IMG/VR virus record: IMGVR_UViG_3300035703_000003
Origin: a virus
Taxonomy: Duplodnaviria > Heunggongvirae > Uroviricota > Caudoviricetes
Direction: 5' to 3' (one strand)
Length of the DNA stretch: 64,000 bases
The position numbers and the translations under genes were made by a program. The notes beneath the pieces were generated by a model. The model was given only the letters and a program-made list of their open reading frames with translations. It did no database searches and had not been told where the DNA came from. Shown piece by piece: positions 19,642 to 28,620 of the stretch. The first letter of the stretch is position 1. Every line of letters begins with the position of its first letter.

Positions 19642-19858
19642 CATCTTTTTTGTCGACAAGTGAAATAAATTTTTCTGTTAGCAATTCTTCATGAAACTTT
19701 TCCATCACTACTTCGTCGATGTCTGTAAATTTAGAATAACGATAATGATGAGTCAGATGACCTATTGCATAATGGACACCCTTAACATCAATCATCAAAC
19801 GAATAAACGCTTCACGCTCATCAGGTGTTGACTGTGTTGTTGTTAGTTTAAACATCAT
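19622..19858 (-). CDS. Hypothetical protein
   Basis: Start at the ATGA overlap (MMFKL). Confidence 0.5.
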   Translation of the reverse strand: MMFKLTTTQSTPDEREAFIRLMIDVKGVHYAIGHLTHHYRYSKFTDIDEVVMEKFHEELLTEKFISLVDKKDVDTNAS

Positions 19859-20124
19859 TTGCCTTTTGTTTTGAACGTAAGAGTAGAACCGTCTTTGAAC
19901 ACAATGCAAGCATCTTTGAAAGTCAGACGCTCAAGCCCATGTCCTTCATCGACTTCGAATCTCCATTCTTTGCGGACAGTAATGTCAGCATCGGCGACAG
20001 GAAACACACCGCCAGTGGGAACAAAAGTAAATTGTGCAAGCTCTGCAATACCAACGGAGTTGAGAGCGTTGAGCGGGCGAGTAGTAACAACTCGAAATTC
20101 GTCTGCGATCTTAGCAATAGTCAT
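19855..20124 (-). CDS. Hypothetical protein
   Basis: Probable start MTIAKI immediately after the upstream stop. Confidence 0.5.
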   Translation of the reverse strand: MTIAKIADEFRVVTTRPLNALNSVGIAELAQFTFVPTGGVFPVADADITVRKEWRFEVDEGHGLERLTFKDACIVFKDGSTLTFKTKGK

Positions 20125-20125
20125 C

Positions 20126-20425
20126 TTACATGCTCCAGTATGCTTCGCTGCCAACCGACATGTAGTTGGGCGTGTTAACGGGTTCCATAGTTTCGACACC
20201 GCTCATCATATTAACAACTTTGCGATGCTTTTCGACATGTTTACGGAAGTAAGTTTCTTCAGCAACACCCAACAAATACAAGGGATGATCTTCGTCGGTC
20301 AATAGTTTGCCGCTTGCTTTGCCCAACCGGGTAAGGGCTGCAAGTGCAGCGGCATGAGTCTTGTAAACTTTGCTAACAATAACAGTGGTCGCTTTGTTGT
20401 AGATTACATGGCCCATCTGCAGCAT
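20126..20425 (-). CDS. Hypothetical phage early protein
   Basis: Downstream of a promoter; C-terminal NTP..MSVGSEAYWSM. Confidence 0.65.
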   Translation of the reverse strand: MLQMGHVIYNKATTVIVSKVYKTHAAALAALTRLGKASGKLLTDEDHPLYLLGVAEETYFRKHVEKHRKVVNMMSGVETMEPVNTPNYMSVGSEAYWSM

Positions 20426-20450
20426 CCTTTTTTCTATCGCCTACATATAC

Positions 20451-20479
20451 ACAATACAATCAAGACATCTTGAAGTCAA
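20451..20479 (-). promoter_or_regulatory. Sigma70-type early promoter
   Basis: TTGACT-17-TATTGT with palindrome TCAAGA-CA-TCTTGA in the spacer. Confidence 0.65.
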
Positions 20480-20515
20480 GAAAAAAATGCATGAAAGTTC
20501 AAAATAAATACATAC

Positions 20516-21154
20516 ATGAGATTTGTTGCTTTTGGATGTAGTCATACTTGGGGAGATGGTATTTTACCGGGAGATTCTTGGTATACTCCGCCGAGCACTG
20601 CATCTTGGGTGCAAGTGTTATCAAATAAGTTTAACATACCTGTTTTAAATTTAGCAAAGAGTGGCGGTAGTAATTTACTCATATTACGTGAAATCCGCAA
20701 TCACAATTGGCAAGCAGGCGATATTGCACTAATACAGTGGACATATTTTGAAAGAGATACCATATTTGATAGTGAAACTATGTTTAGACACGTATCATCA
20801 TACCATATCAATAACAAAGATAGGGCGTATACAAAACAATATTATACACTGTTCCCTGACTATCATATAGAATACATGAATCTACAGCATGTAGAACATG
20901 CATATCTTTACCTAGTAGCACACAACATTCCAAAGGTTGCTAGATTTACATATAAGTTTACTGCTGTTCCGTTAACAGGGTTTGAAAAAAGTATGTTAGC
21001 TGATTTTCAAAAACCATCATTAGATTACATTGCTGAAACATTAGAGAAAAAGTCTGAGACAACACAATTGGGTGCCGATAATATGCATTACAACGAATTA
21101 ATACATCAAATGTTTGCAGAAGAATACGTGTCTGAGATAACTAACTTACTATAA
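20516..21154 (+). CDS. SGNH-hydrolase-like protein
   Basis: FGCSHTWG, NLAKSGGSN, DNMHY. Confidence 0.6.
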   Translation: MRFVAFGCSHTWGDGILPGDSWYTPPSTASWVQVLSNKFNIPVLNLAKSGGSNLLILREIRNHNWQAGDIALIQWTYFERDTIFDSETMFRHVSSYHINNKDRAYTKQYYTLFPDYHIEYMNLQHVEHAYLYLVAHNIPKVARFTYKFTAVPLTGFEKSMLADFQKPSLDYIAETLEKKSETTQLGADNMHYNELIHQMFAEEYVSEITNLL

Positions 21155-21499
21155 GTTAGCTTCCATATGTTCTACCCATGCAGCAAGATCCTTGCCGTAT
21201 AGTTTAAACATGATACGATCTTCGGTGCCAAACATTACAAGTTTGTTTCTGTCTAAGTAATATGGATATTTGTTGTAACGGTCTAGGAGTATTCGTAGTT
21301 TTGCAGTAAAGGTAAGATCACTTGTTACTTTAAATGCTTCGTGATCGAAACCCATTTCTATTAAAGCAGTAAGGCCCAACTTTGTTAAGTTGAGCCCTTT
21401 ACCGTTACGGTAATTTTTAAACAAATGTCTTAGTGTAGCCCACTCGTTTTCTTTTTTAGCGTGATCTAAGATTTCTTTATAAAAACTCGTTGTCGTCAT
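21149..21499 (-). CDS. Hypothetical protein
   Basis: Intact ORF coupled to the upstream gene. Confidence 0.6.
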   Translation of the reverse strand: MTTTSFYKEILDHAKKENEWATLRHLFKNYRNGKGLNLTKLGLTALIEMGFDHEAFKVTSDLTFTAKLRILLDRYNKYPYYLDRNKLVMFGTEDRIMFKLYGKDLAAWVEHMEANL

Positions 21500-21785
21500 C
21501 TTCTGTGATAACTTCGCCTGATGTTAATTTTACAACTACAAATTTGTCTGTTTTGAATAGCTTGTTTAGTCTGGTTGCTAAGTTAAATGCGTGACCACTA
21601 TTACTGAAAGATACCTTTTTATACTTAGGCCCTGGATAGTTTACAAGGCTGTTGAGGCTTCTTAGGTTAACAGGCTTACCTTCGTGAAATACTGCATAGA
21701 TGGCTGTTGCTGCTAGTATCTGCTCACTACGGTAACTCTTTGGATCTGTATACTCAAGTAATATTTTTGGTTTAGGTCTTGCCAT
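21477..21785 (-). CDS. Hypothetical phage protein (late-promoter controlled)
   Basis: MARPKP start; upstream ATAAATA lies within a hairpin. Confidence 0.7.
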   Translation of the reverse strand: MARPKPKILLEYTDPKSYRSEQILAATAIYAVFHEGKPVNLRSLNSLVNYPGPKYKKVSFSNSGHAFNLATRLNKLFKTDKFVVVKLTSGEVITEDDDNEFL

Positions 21786-21789
21786 TTTG

Positions 21790-21832
21790 ATTCTCTACTG
21801 CTTTAATAGTATTTATTAAAACAGTAGAGAAT
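21790..21832 (-). promoter_or_regulatory. Hairpin enclosing a late promoter and covering the translation initiation region
   Basis: ATTCTCTACTG/CAGTAGAGAAT outer arms, TTTAATA/TATTAAA inner arms, ATAAATA at 21810-21816. Confidence 0.65.
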
Positions 21833-21833
21833 T

Positions 21834-22169
21834 TTATTCTGAGTATGGTTGGAAGTTAACTCCACTAGCCATAATACATGTTCTTTCTATATCAAACACA
21901 TATACCATTGTCCATGTTCCTGTGTTTTGATTTACAAAATACTGCATTTCACCATCTAGTTCGCCATATGATTGCGTATCTTCGTATACTGCAGTTCCGA
22001 TCCCACGAAAAAGTATTTTTTCTTTAAATTCGCCTTCTACCCAAGCTGAAATATTTTGATATGTGTCGCATACATGCGATGTATACAACATTGAATAATT
22101 ATGTTTTGTTGCATCTTGTGCAGATACAGGAGATCCAAAAAGTCCTAAAACTAATAATAGTTTTTTCAA
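21834..22169 (-). CDS. Secreted hypothetical protein
   Basis: KK plus hydrophobic core plus VSA signal peptide; TTG start. Confidence 0.6.
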   Translation of the reverse strand: MKKLLLVLGLFGSPVSAQDATKHNYSMLYTSHVCDTYQNISAWVEGEFKEKILFRGIGTAVYEDTQSYGELDGEMQYFVNQNTGTWTMVYVFDIERTCIMASGVNFQPYSE

Positions 22170-22610
22170 TCAACTATTCCTTTTGATTGACAAATACATG
22201 TCGTCTTCATTCTTAAATGGGCCGATGTATTTGTAATTTTTTAGTGTTTCTAATTTAGGACAAAAACTTGGTCTCCATCCCATTGGAAATAATATTCCCC
22301 AATATCCAGCCGCAAAATATACGGTAGAATTGGCTGTTTTTTTAAAGATAGGCACATTATCTTGTAGGTCAATATCGTATACTATGTCTGTATTAGTAGG
22401 ATAACTGTAAACAGTTGCATTTGATACTGTTACTGTATTGTTCGATGCTAAGTTGAAATCGTCGATAGAAACTACGATGCTTTCTTTTGTTCGGTTATCA
22501 TAAAACACATACTGCTCATCAACATAGCGTAACGTGCCAACCTTAGCGCCACGTTCTTCTACAATCCAAAAATTGTTTTCGATAACTGATTTTGCAGTAT
22601 ACTTACTCAT
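22170..22610 (-). CDS. Hypothetical phage protein
   Basis: Intact ORF with AAGYW, SFCPK, GPFK. Confidence 0.65.
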   Translation of the reverse strand: MSKYTAKSVIENNFWIVEERGAKVGTLRYVDEQYVFYDNRTKESIVVSIDDFNLASNNTVTVSNATVYSYPTNTDIVYDIDLQDNVPIFKKTANSTVYFAAGYWGILFPMGWRPSFCPKLETLKNYKYIGPFKNEDDMYLSIKRNS

Positions 22611-22852
22611 ATAGAACCAAATACTAACTTATATGCAATAGCAGTCGATTCATCTACATCTGCTACCATATTTACTGTTCCGCCTAGCTCTTCATTGACT
22701 ATATACACTCCGGCAAATCGAACAGTTATGTTGTTTTCACTACACCATTTTCCTGGCGCAGTTTCTTTCCAATCATGCATTACTTGTTTGATTGTGTCGT
22801 TGATATTTCTGTCAAATCCGATAGGAATTTTTGCTACATTAATAGTGTGCAT
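22607..22852 (-). CDS. Hypothetical protein
   Basis: Coupled ORF. Confidence 0.5.
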   Translation of the reverse strand: MHTINVAKIPIGFDRNINDTIKQVMHDWKETAPGKWCSENNITVRFAGVYIVNEELGGTVNMVADVDESTAIAYKLVFGSI

Positions 22853-23819
22853 TTAGATACTCTGCATGAGCGTCGGCCTGTTCGCTTACACGCTGCAGAT
22901 CCCACTTGCCACAGAACTTCAAAAAGTAAATGCCAACCTGTCCTTTAGGAACAACATTGGTTTGCACTTTGATAGTTTCATCTAGTACTGTTTTAATTTC
23001 ATCTGGTTGTGCAGTAAGATCAATCAGCGTAATGTTACGATGGTAATCATCTAGAACACGATGTTCTGCGCCTTCGTGATCTGTCCAGCGTTGCAGCATA
23101 AAGTTATTCCAGTTAAAGCCTTTTGAATTTTTATCTTCAAACGCTTCTTTCATACCAACTTTATTCTTTGTGCCTTTAACACGAGCACCGGGATATGCGC
23201 TAAACACGTTATCGCTTGTGTCGCCACGGATGCACTTCTCGAACAGTAGCCAAGCGGGATCGCCTACTACCTTATGTTCTTTAGTTTTGTTATCAATAAC
23301 TGGCTTACCTTTGTCGTTGTATACACCATCAATACGAATATGCTGGTTAGTGATGCCATTATATTGGCTAACGTTAGGAGAAAGTAGTTGATAGAAATCG
23401 CTGTCGCTACTAACAATAACATGCTTATCGTTAGGATGATTTTGAATAAACCGTGCAATAAAATCATCTGCTTCACAATTAGGGTGCTGCAATACTGTGC
23501 AATTTGTGCGATCATTGAGGAACGTTTTTAGTTCGTCAAACGCTTCCCAGAACCGCTTATCTTCTTCTTGCTCTTTAGGAGTAAGAGCAGCTCGGGCGTC
23601 ACTGCGATTGCGTTTATAAGGCTCGTAATAGTCCTTGCGCCAGCTACGACCTTCGAGACAAAACACAACATGCTTACCTCCGAAATCCCGCCATGCTTTG
23701 TTAATGCTGGCAAACATAATATGATATGCCATACCAATTTTAGTATCCATATCGTCGCCACGCACTACATGCCTTGCACGGAAAAACATGTTAGCAGTGT
23801 CTACTAGAATATAAGTCAT
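22839..23819 (-). CDS. rnh: 5'-3' exonuclease / T4 RNase H-like flap nuclease
   Basis: LVD, SWRK..Y..YK.NR, EADD, SSDSDF, GDTSDNV. Confidence 0.92.
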   Translation of the reverse strand: MTYILVDTANMFFRARHVVRGDDMDTKIGMAYHIMFASINKAWRDFGGKHVVFCLEGRSWRKDYYEPYKRNRSDARAALTPKEQEEDKRFWEAFDELKTFLNDRTNCTVLQHPNCEADDFIARFIQNHPNDKHVIVSSDSDFYQLLSPNVSQYNGITNQHIRIDGVYNDKGKPVIDNKTKEHKVVGDPAWLLFEKCIRGDTSDNVFSAYPGARVKGTKNKVGMKEAFEDKNSKGFNWNNFMLQRWTDHEGAEHRVLDDYHRNITLIDLTAQPDEIKTVLDETIKVQTNVVPKGQVGIYFLKFCGKWDLQRVSEQADAHAEYLNAHY

Positions 23820-23842
23820 AGTGTTTCCTTAGATGTTACATA

Positions 23843-24181
23843 TTAACTTTTAAATGAATTTTGCAGTTTGTCAATGATTTGTTTTTCACGCCACTCTTCT
23901 TTTTGCTCATACGTCATATGTGCAATTAAGTGACCGTGATATTGATATGTCCTGGCATCTGCGAAAGTTTCAACACTAATCGCAATGCCTCTTTCAATGA
24001 ACCAATTGGTTCTGTTATCTTTTGTAAAATCCAGTAAACATTCACGAGCAAACCCGTGTGGTACACCGCTCAACCGATCAACTGCAATGTCACTTTTGGT
24101 ATGATACACAGAACTGTATCTTTGATAATCATCTATGTTACGGGTTACTGAACCAACACGATATTTGTATTCCAGAGGCAT
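23843..24181 (-). CDS. Hypothetical protein
   Basis: Probable start MPLEYK just after the upstream stop. Confidence 0.5.
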   Translation of the reverse strand: MPLEYKYRVGSVTRNIDDYQRYSSVYHTKSDIAVDRLSGVPHGFARECLLDFTKDNRTNWFIERGIAISVETFADARTYQYHGHLIAHMTYEQKEEWREKQIIDKLQNSFKS

Positions 24182-24188
24182 ATATCGG

Positions 24189-24923
24189 TTAATCCCAGAG
24201 GTTTTGATAGTATTTTCCGAATAGTCTAAATCCGTTTTGAATTCTTTTGCCATATTCTTTACGTGCATCCCAGTCTGTTTCAGCAGTATGTTTAGGACCA
24301 TGCACCATAAGATAGTTACCATCTTCTTGCTTTACGCTTCGGTAATCGTATTCACCGGTGGTAAACTGATCTTCCCAATCCGCATTGGCACCGCCGTCGA
24401 GGCTTTCGAACGCAAAGATCATTTCGTCCATGACCCAATCCCAACGCTTGAAATGATTGTCATCTGTATGACCTGTATCTTTTTCATCTTGCGAAAGTTC
24501 AGGGGCCGCAGTGCTACGCAGATGCTCAGGCACGTCTTCGTCGTCGACCCAGGGTGCACCGTGCTTATTTTCATTCAGTTGTTTAAGCATAGGACGAGCA
24601 ATGTAGCCTAAAGTTTCGCTCATACCCCAAGTATCCCATTTATCAATGTGGACGTATACCTTACGCTTTTTCTTTTTATCAATCCACTGTAGCAGTTTAT
24701 AGATCCAAGTTTCGGGACGGTCTTCGCCCCAAGTGCTTTCCTCACCTACAGTAGGTTCGGGCAGCACACTGCCATGAGCAAGCCATTCGCCGAAGTTGTG
24801 AACACGCTTTGCAGTATGCTTAAATCCGTATTCGTCCTCTTCCTTAGGAACCCAGAACATAATCGTTTCAGCAAGCTGATACGGTCCGAACCAATTCTTA
24901 TATTTGCCTATTTTCACCTTCAT
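24189..24923 (-). CDS. Hypothetical phage protein
   Basis: 244 aa Trp-rich ORF (WDTW, RWDWVMDEMIFAF, LFGKYYQNLWD). Confidence 0.7.
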   Translation of the reverse strand: MKVKIGKYKNWFGPYQLAETIMFWVPKEEDEYGFKHTAKRVHNFGEWLAHGSVLPEPTVGEESTWGEDRPETWIYKLLQWIDKKKKRKVYVHIDKWDTWGMSETLGYIARPMLKQLNENKHGAPWVDDEDVPEHLRSTAAPELSQDEKDTGHTDDNHFKRWDWVMDEMIFAFESLDGGANADWEDQFTTGEYDYRSVKQEDGNYLMVHGPKHTAETDWDARKEYGKRIQNGFRLFGKYYQNLWD

Positions 24924-25086
24924 TCGTCGTCATCCCAATCTGTTAATGTTTCCATTAGTTTATATAAGCCCATGTCACTGATGTGTTGTCTAAACGCTAT
25001 TTCTGGAGTATCGCCATAGTAAAGCGATGGAATGTTATGCGGGGCTTGATGTTTGATCCACCACTCTTTATAGTTTTTATAAGCCT

Positions 25087-25323
25087 TCATTGTTCAAAGC
25101 AACCTTTTCCTGCTTGGTGTTCAAATGTTAATAAGCCGGCACGTGGAGATTTCTTTTTAGTGCAAACGCCCCAATCAGAGCCTAGTAAACCTTCTAACGG
25201 TATAAACCATTTACATCCACAACTGCAATCTGGATAGTCGTCTCCGTCTGCCCATCTTTCGATTTTACCGCCATAATCGGTATAATCGGTGGGCAATACT
25301 TTAACAATATCCCAATCAGTCAT
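25087..25323 (-). CDS. Small Cys-containing protein
   Basis: DCSCGCKWF, DWGVC, LTFEHQ...GC. Confidence 0.6.
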   Translation of the reverse strand: MTDWDIVKVLPTDYTDYGGKIERWADGDDYPDCSCGCKWFIPLEGLLGSDWGVCTKKKSPRAGLLTFEHQAGKGCFEQ

Positions 25324-25492
25324 TGGTTTTATATTCTACAATTCTAGCAAATTTGCCCCAAATACTTGCGGCTTCCTTTGCAGCTTCGTATGTATTATGC
25401 AGCACAGGTTCCACTTCATACATTTTACCTGTGGGTTTTGTTACATAAACATACTCTTCATTATCAAACGGAACCATTACTGCATATTTCAT
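25316..25492 (-). CDS. Small hypothetical protein (58 aa, not in ORF track)
   Basis: Hand translation MKYAVMVPFD...EYKTND; fills the gap with overlapping start/stop. Confidence 0.5.
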   Translation of the reverse strand: MKYAVMVPFDNEEYVYVTKPTGKMYEVEPVLHNTYEAAKEAASIWGKFARIVEYKTND

Positions 25493-25725
25493 TTTTCTAC
25501 CCAGTCGTGAAACTCTTGTGAAAATTGTTGACTAATTAGCAAATCTTCGAAATAAAAGGTATGTTGATAGATAGCAGTATACGCTTCAAAACTCCACTGA
25601 TGACGTTCGATATTCTTACGACACCAGTCCTTACCTGCTACATCGAGATCGCTGTGAAGGCGAACACTATGTCCGCCTTCACGCATCCATCGCATTTTGT
25701 ATTCAGCGATTTCTAGCGGGGTCAC
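25489..25725 (-). CDS. Hypothetical protein
   Basis: Coupled ORF. Confidence 0.55.
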   Translation of the reverse strand: MTPLEIAEYKMRWMREGGHSVRLHSDLDVAGKDWCRKNIERHQWSFEAYTAIYQHTFYFEDLLISQQFSQEFHDWVEK

Positions 25726-26234
25726 AGCATCACTTCCCCGGGTTCCGGAGTAGCGTGACGATTGTCACCTTTACCGTGTGCGATGCCGTCGGCACCGAAA
25801 CTAGCTGCCCAGCTTTCTGGCTTGAGCTTAGGTTCGATACCAGTAACACCGAGAACATAACCAGCTGCTTGGTTCGCAGCACAACTTGAACCGTGCTTAG
25901 GATCAGTGTTGATGTCGAGATGGATTTCGACTTCATACTCATCAATAAACGGAATAAGTTGGTTATATAGTTCGCAAACTTTCATGACTTCGTTCATCAT
26001 TCTCATTTGCGGACGGTTCTTTTTTACATCGTAGTCTGGCTCGTAACTTTGATTACTGAAGATACGGCAACCGTTTGATCCATTCATGTGAACGATACAA
26101 ACAGTAGCATATCGACCGTATGCACGATTATTCTTAACAACTCTAACACTGTCGCAACCTAGATAGATCTTAGTGTTATCGTTCAAAGTAGCCAGAAGAT
26201 CTACGAGTTCTTCTACTTGCTTTTGTGTAAACAT
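25722..26234 (-). CDS. RNase H-like YkuK (DUF458) family protein
   Basis: IYLGCDS, EV, EIHLDIN, KPESWAASFGAD. Confidence 0.75.
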   Translation of the reverse strand: MFTQKQVEELVDLLATLNDNTKIYLGCDSVRVVKNNRAYGRYATVCIVHMNGSNGCRIFSNQSYEPDYDVKKNRPQMRMMNEVMKVCELYNQLIPFIDEYEVEIHLDINTDPKHGSSCAANQAAGYVLGVTGIEPKLKPESWAASFGADGIAHGKGDNRHATPEPGEVML

Positions 26235-26261
26235 TTTCTTCCTCAGATTTTGTAATAGTAT

Positions 26262-26495
26262 TTACATTGACAATAGTTTTTCACGCAGTCGACGATGTTC
26301 CCAATTACGGAAATCATTGTCTAGCAACGACAAAACTAGTTCTCTTTCTTCCGCTGTAAAGATATAGGCGGGTGTTTCGTCTACATCAATACATTTATAG
26401 CCACGATGCTCGAGCTCGTCAATTAGTTCGTTATCATCGAAATCGTTGAGATCTACATCTACATCTACATCGGTGCTAACTGTAACTGTGGGCAT
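26262..26495 (-). CDS. Hypothetical protein
   Basis: DL..FDD.ELIDELE.RG motif; downstream of a promoter. Confidence 0.6.
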   Translation of the reverse strand: MPTVTVSTDVDVDVDLNDFDDNELIDELEHRGYKCIDVDETPAYIFTAEERELVLSLLDNDFRNWEHRRLREKLLSM

Positions 26496-26530
26496 TTTAT
26501 TGTTCCTATTACTGAGTTTCTACTATAATC

Positions 26531-26559
26531 AATATAATGTAAGATAGCTTGGATGTCAA
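26531..26559 (-). promoter_or_regulatory. Sigma70-type promoter
   Basis: TTGACA-17-TATATT. Confidence 0.55.
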
Positions 26560-26834
26560 CCTTCTTCTTTACCGATCTCTGCATCAAGTGCAACACTACG
26601 GCAAAGGTCATTAAACCAAAGGTCTACAATCGATTCGTTGTTAGGACCTGCGTATCCAGCTTCTCCTAGCATATTTACAAACTCTTGATTCCAGTCTAGT
26701 TCGAAATAGCCTTTGGTAGGGTCTTTCGGATCAAAGTGAACATTAACAACTTTGACCCATGGGCCTTTTGCTGTTTCTTTTGTTTCTTCTGTAACTGCAG
26801 ATTTATTAAAAATTTGTTTTAGTTTTTCAAACAC
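26556..26834 (-). CDS. Hypothetical phage protein
   Basis: PWVKV, GYFELDWN, IVDLWF. Confidence 0.65.
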   Translation of the reverse strand: MFEKLKQIFNKSAVTEETKETAKGPWVKVVNVHFDPKDPTKGYFELDWNQEFVNMLGEAGYAGPNNESIVDLWFNDLCRSVALDAEIGKEEG

Positions 26835-26845
26835 ATTATGTTCCT

Positions 26846-27214
26846 TTATGATTGGTTGTGATATGCATCTACACGATAAATTTTATCATTACGGATACTT
26901 AAAACATCAATAACGCTAAAGTTTAGATTTGCACTTTCGCTTTTAATAATAATATGGCAGTATGCACGATTTGCATGACTTGTACCGATATCAATCACTG
27001 TTGCATTAATATCTGGCACATCTTTCCAAATATTTTCGTTTGCAATTAGAACAGCATCGACACCTGTTGCCTTTGTATTCCAGTCAACTAATTTTACGTC
27101 GGGATCAAATAGATCAAATAATTTTTTACTTGACTGTAAATTCCATGCTTCGAAGTATTGATGTGCAATAGTATGTATGTCAGAGTTAATCATTACCATC
27201 CAATCCTTTCCCAC
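26846..27214 (-). CDS. NTF2/SnoaL-like protein
   Basis: YFEAWN...LF..DV...DW...G...VIDV....KI. Confidence 0.7.
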   Translation of the reverse strand: MGKDWMVMINSDIHTIAHQYFEAWNLQSSKKLFDLFDPDVKLVDWNTKATGVDAVLIANENIWKDVPDINATVIDIGTSHANRAYCHIIIKSESANLNFSVIDVLSIRNDKIYRVDAYHNQS

Positions 27215-28290
27215 GGAACATTTTTATCACCAAAATGACCATAAACGCAATTTTTACTATAATCATAAAAATTAAATAAATCAAAACGATCAATGATACC
27301 TTTTGGACTTAGATCAATCTCGTTGCGAATAAAACGTTCGATTGAACGATTATGGCCGTTACTATCGATTAGAATACTGGTCGGTTGTTTAACACCAATA
27401 GCATATGATAGCTGAATGTTGCACCAATCTGCCATTTCATCTGCTACTACGTTTTTAGCAAGCCAACGTGCCATATATGCAGCACTACGATCTACTTTTG
27501 TTGGATCTTTGCCGCTAAATGCGCCGCCGCCGTGCGGAGCAAAACCGCCATACGTATCTACGATAATTTTACGCCCTGTAACACCAGCATCGCCATCGGG
27601 GCCGCCAATTACAAAGTTACCTGTAGGATTAAGATGCCATACTGTATTTTCGTCAATCAAATCTCCCAATACATTGTGTGCAGCTTTTTTTGCTAGTTCA
27701 CGTGCTTCGTCGATGCTGCCTTCGGTGTGTTGTGTGCTAATAACAATTTGGTCAATTCGTTTAATGATGCCTTCTCTTCTGGCGCCATTGTATTCAACAC
27801 TTACTTGCGATTTTGCATCGGGGCCCAATACAGTATTATTTTTTCTAAATTGCTCGAGTTCTTGTAAAATTTTATGAGAAAAATGAATTGGTGCTGGCAT
27901 ATAACTGCTGGTATGATTACACGCATAGCCAAACATAATGCCTTGGTCACCCGCACCGAAACTATCTGTGCCTAATGCAATATCTGCACTTTGCGAGTGT
28001 ATTTTATTGTAAATGTTTAATTTATTCCAGTGAAAGCCGTCTTGTTCGTAACCAATATCTTTAACAACATTACGAACTATATTGTCTATTTCTTCTGTAG
28101 ACACATTGAAATTTTTCACTTCGCCTGCAAGTGTAACATGATTTGTAGTTACAAGTGTTTCGATTGCAACACGAGTAGTCTGATCTCCTGCGGTAAGACC
28201 AGCATCAACAAGTGCATCAGAAATCTGATCTGCAACTTTATCAGGGTGTCCTTTACTTACACTTTCACTAGTGAAAATATAATTAGCCAT
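27193..28290 (-). CDS. metK: S-adenosylmethionine synthetase
   Basis: FTSESVSKGHPDK, GAGDQG, GRKIIVDTYGG, GGAFSGKDPTKVDRS. Confidence 0.97.
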   Translation of the reverse strand: MANYIFTSESVSKGHPDKVADQISDALVDAGLTAGDQTTRVAIETLVTTNHVTLAGEVKNFNVSTEEIDNIVRNVVKDIGYEQDGFHWNKLNIYNKIHSQSADIALGTDSFGAGDQGIMFGYACNHTSSYMPAPIHFSHKILQELEQFRKNNTVLGPDAKSQVSVEYNGARREGIIKRIDQIVISTQHTEGSIDEARELAKKAAHNVLGDLIDENTVWHLNPTGNFVIGGPDGDAGVTGRKIIVDTYGGFAPHGGGAFSGKDPTKVDRSAAYMARWLAKNVVADEMADWCNIQLSYAIGVKQPTSILIDSNGHNRSIERFIRNEIDLSPKGIIDRFDLFNFYDYSKNCVYGHFGDKNVPWERIGW

Positions 28291-28456
28291 ATTTTATCCT
28301 TTGCTCTATATCGTATATTATCCACGGACCATTTCTCGTATGTTGAACTAACTGAAACTGTGTGTTAGTTTTGTTGAGCAATTCGGTTATCCTGTTCAAT
28401 CGCTCAACCGTTTCGTTTAGTTCGTTTACTAAAATTTGTACACGTTTTTCTTTCAT
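28283..28456 (-). CDS. Small coiled-coil hypothetical protein (57 aa, not in track)
   Basis: Hand translation MKEKRVQILVNELNETVERL...; ATGA-coupled. Confidence 0.45.
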   Translation of the reverse strand: MKEKRVQILVNELNETVERLNRITELLNKTNTQFQLVQHTRNGPWIIYDIEQRIKYG

Positions 28457-28554
28457 AATATACCCATTCTATGAACTAGAAACAGTTTGTCTTCTACTAC
28501 AGTAGAAGTGCTTGCACAACCTGACAATAGCGCAATTAGAAGGATATACTTCAT
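28453..28554 (-). CDS. Small putative lipoprotein (33 aa, not in track)
   Basis: MKYILLIALLSGCASTS... lipobox LSGC. Confidence 0.5.
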   Translation of the reverse strand: MKYILLIALLSGCASTSTVVEDKLFLVHRMGIL

Positions 28555-28620
28555 AGTTGTTTCCGAACCTTTTCAAACTGTTCTTCTGTGTGAATGCCAC
28601 GCAAATAGACTACGTTTTTA

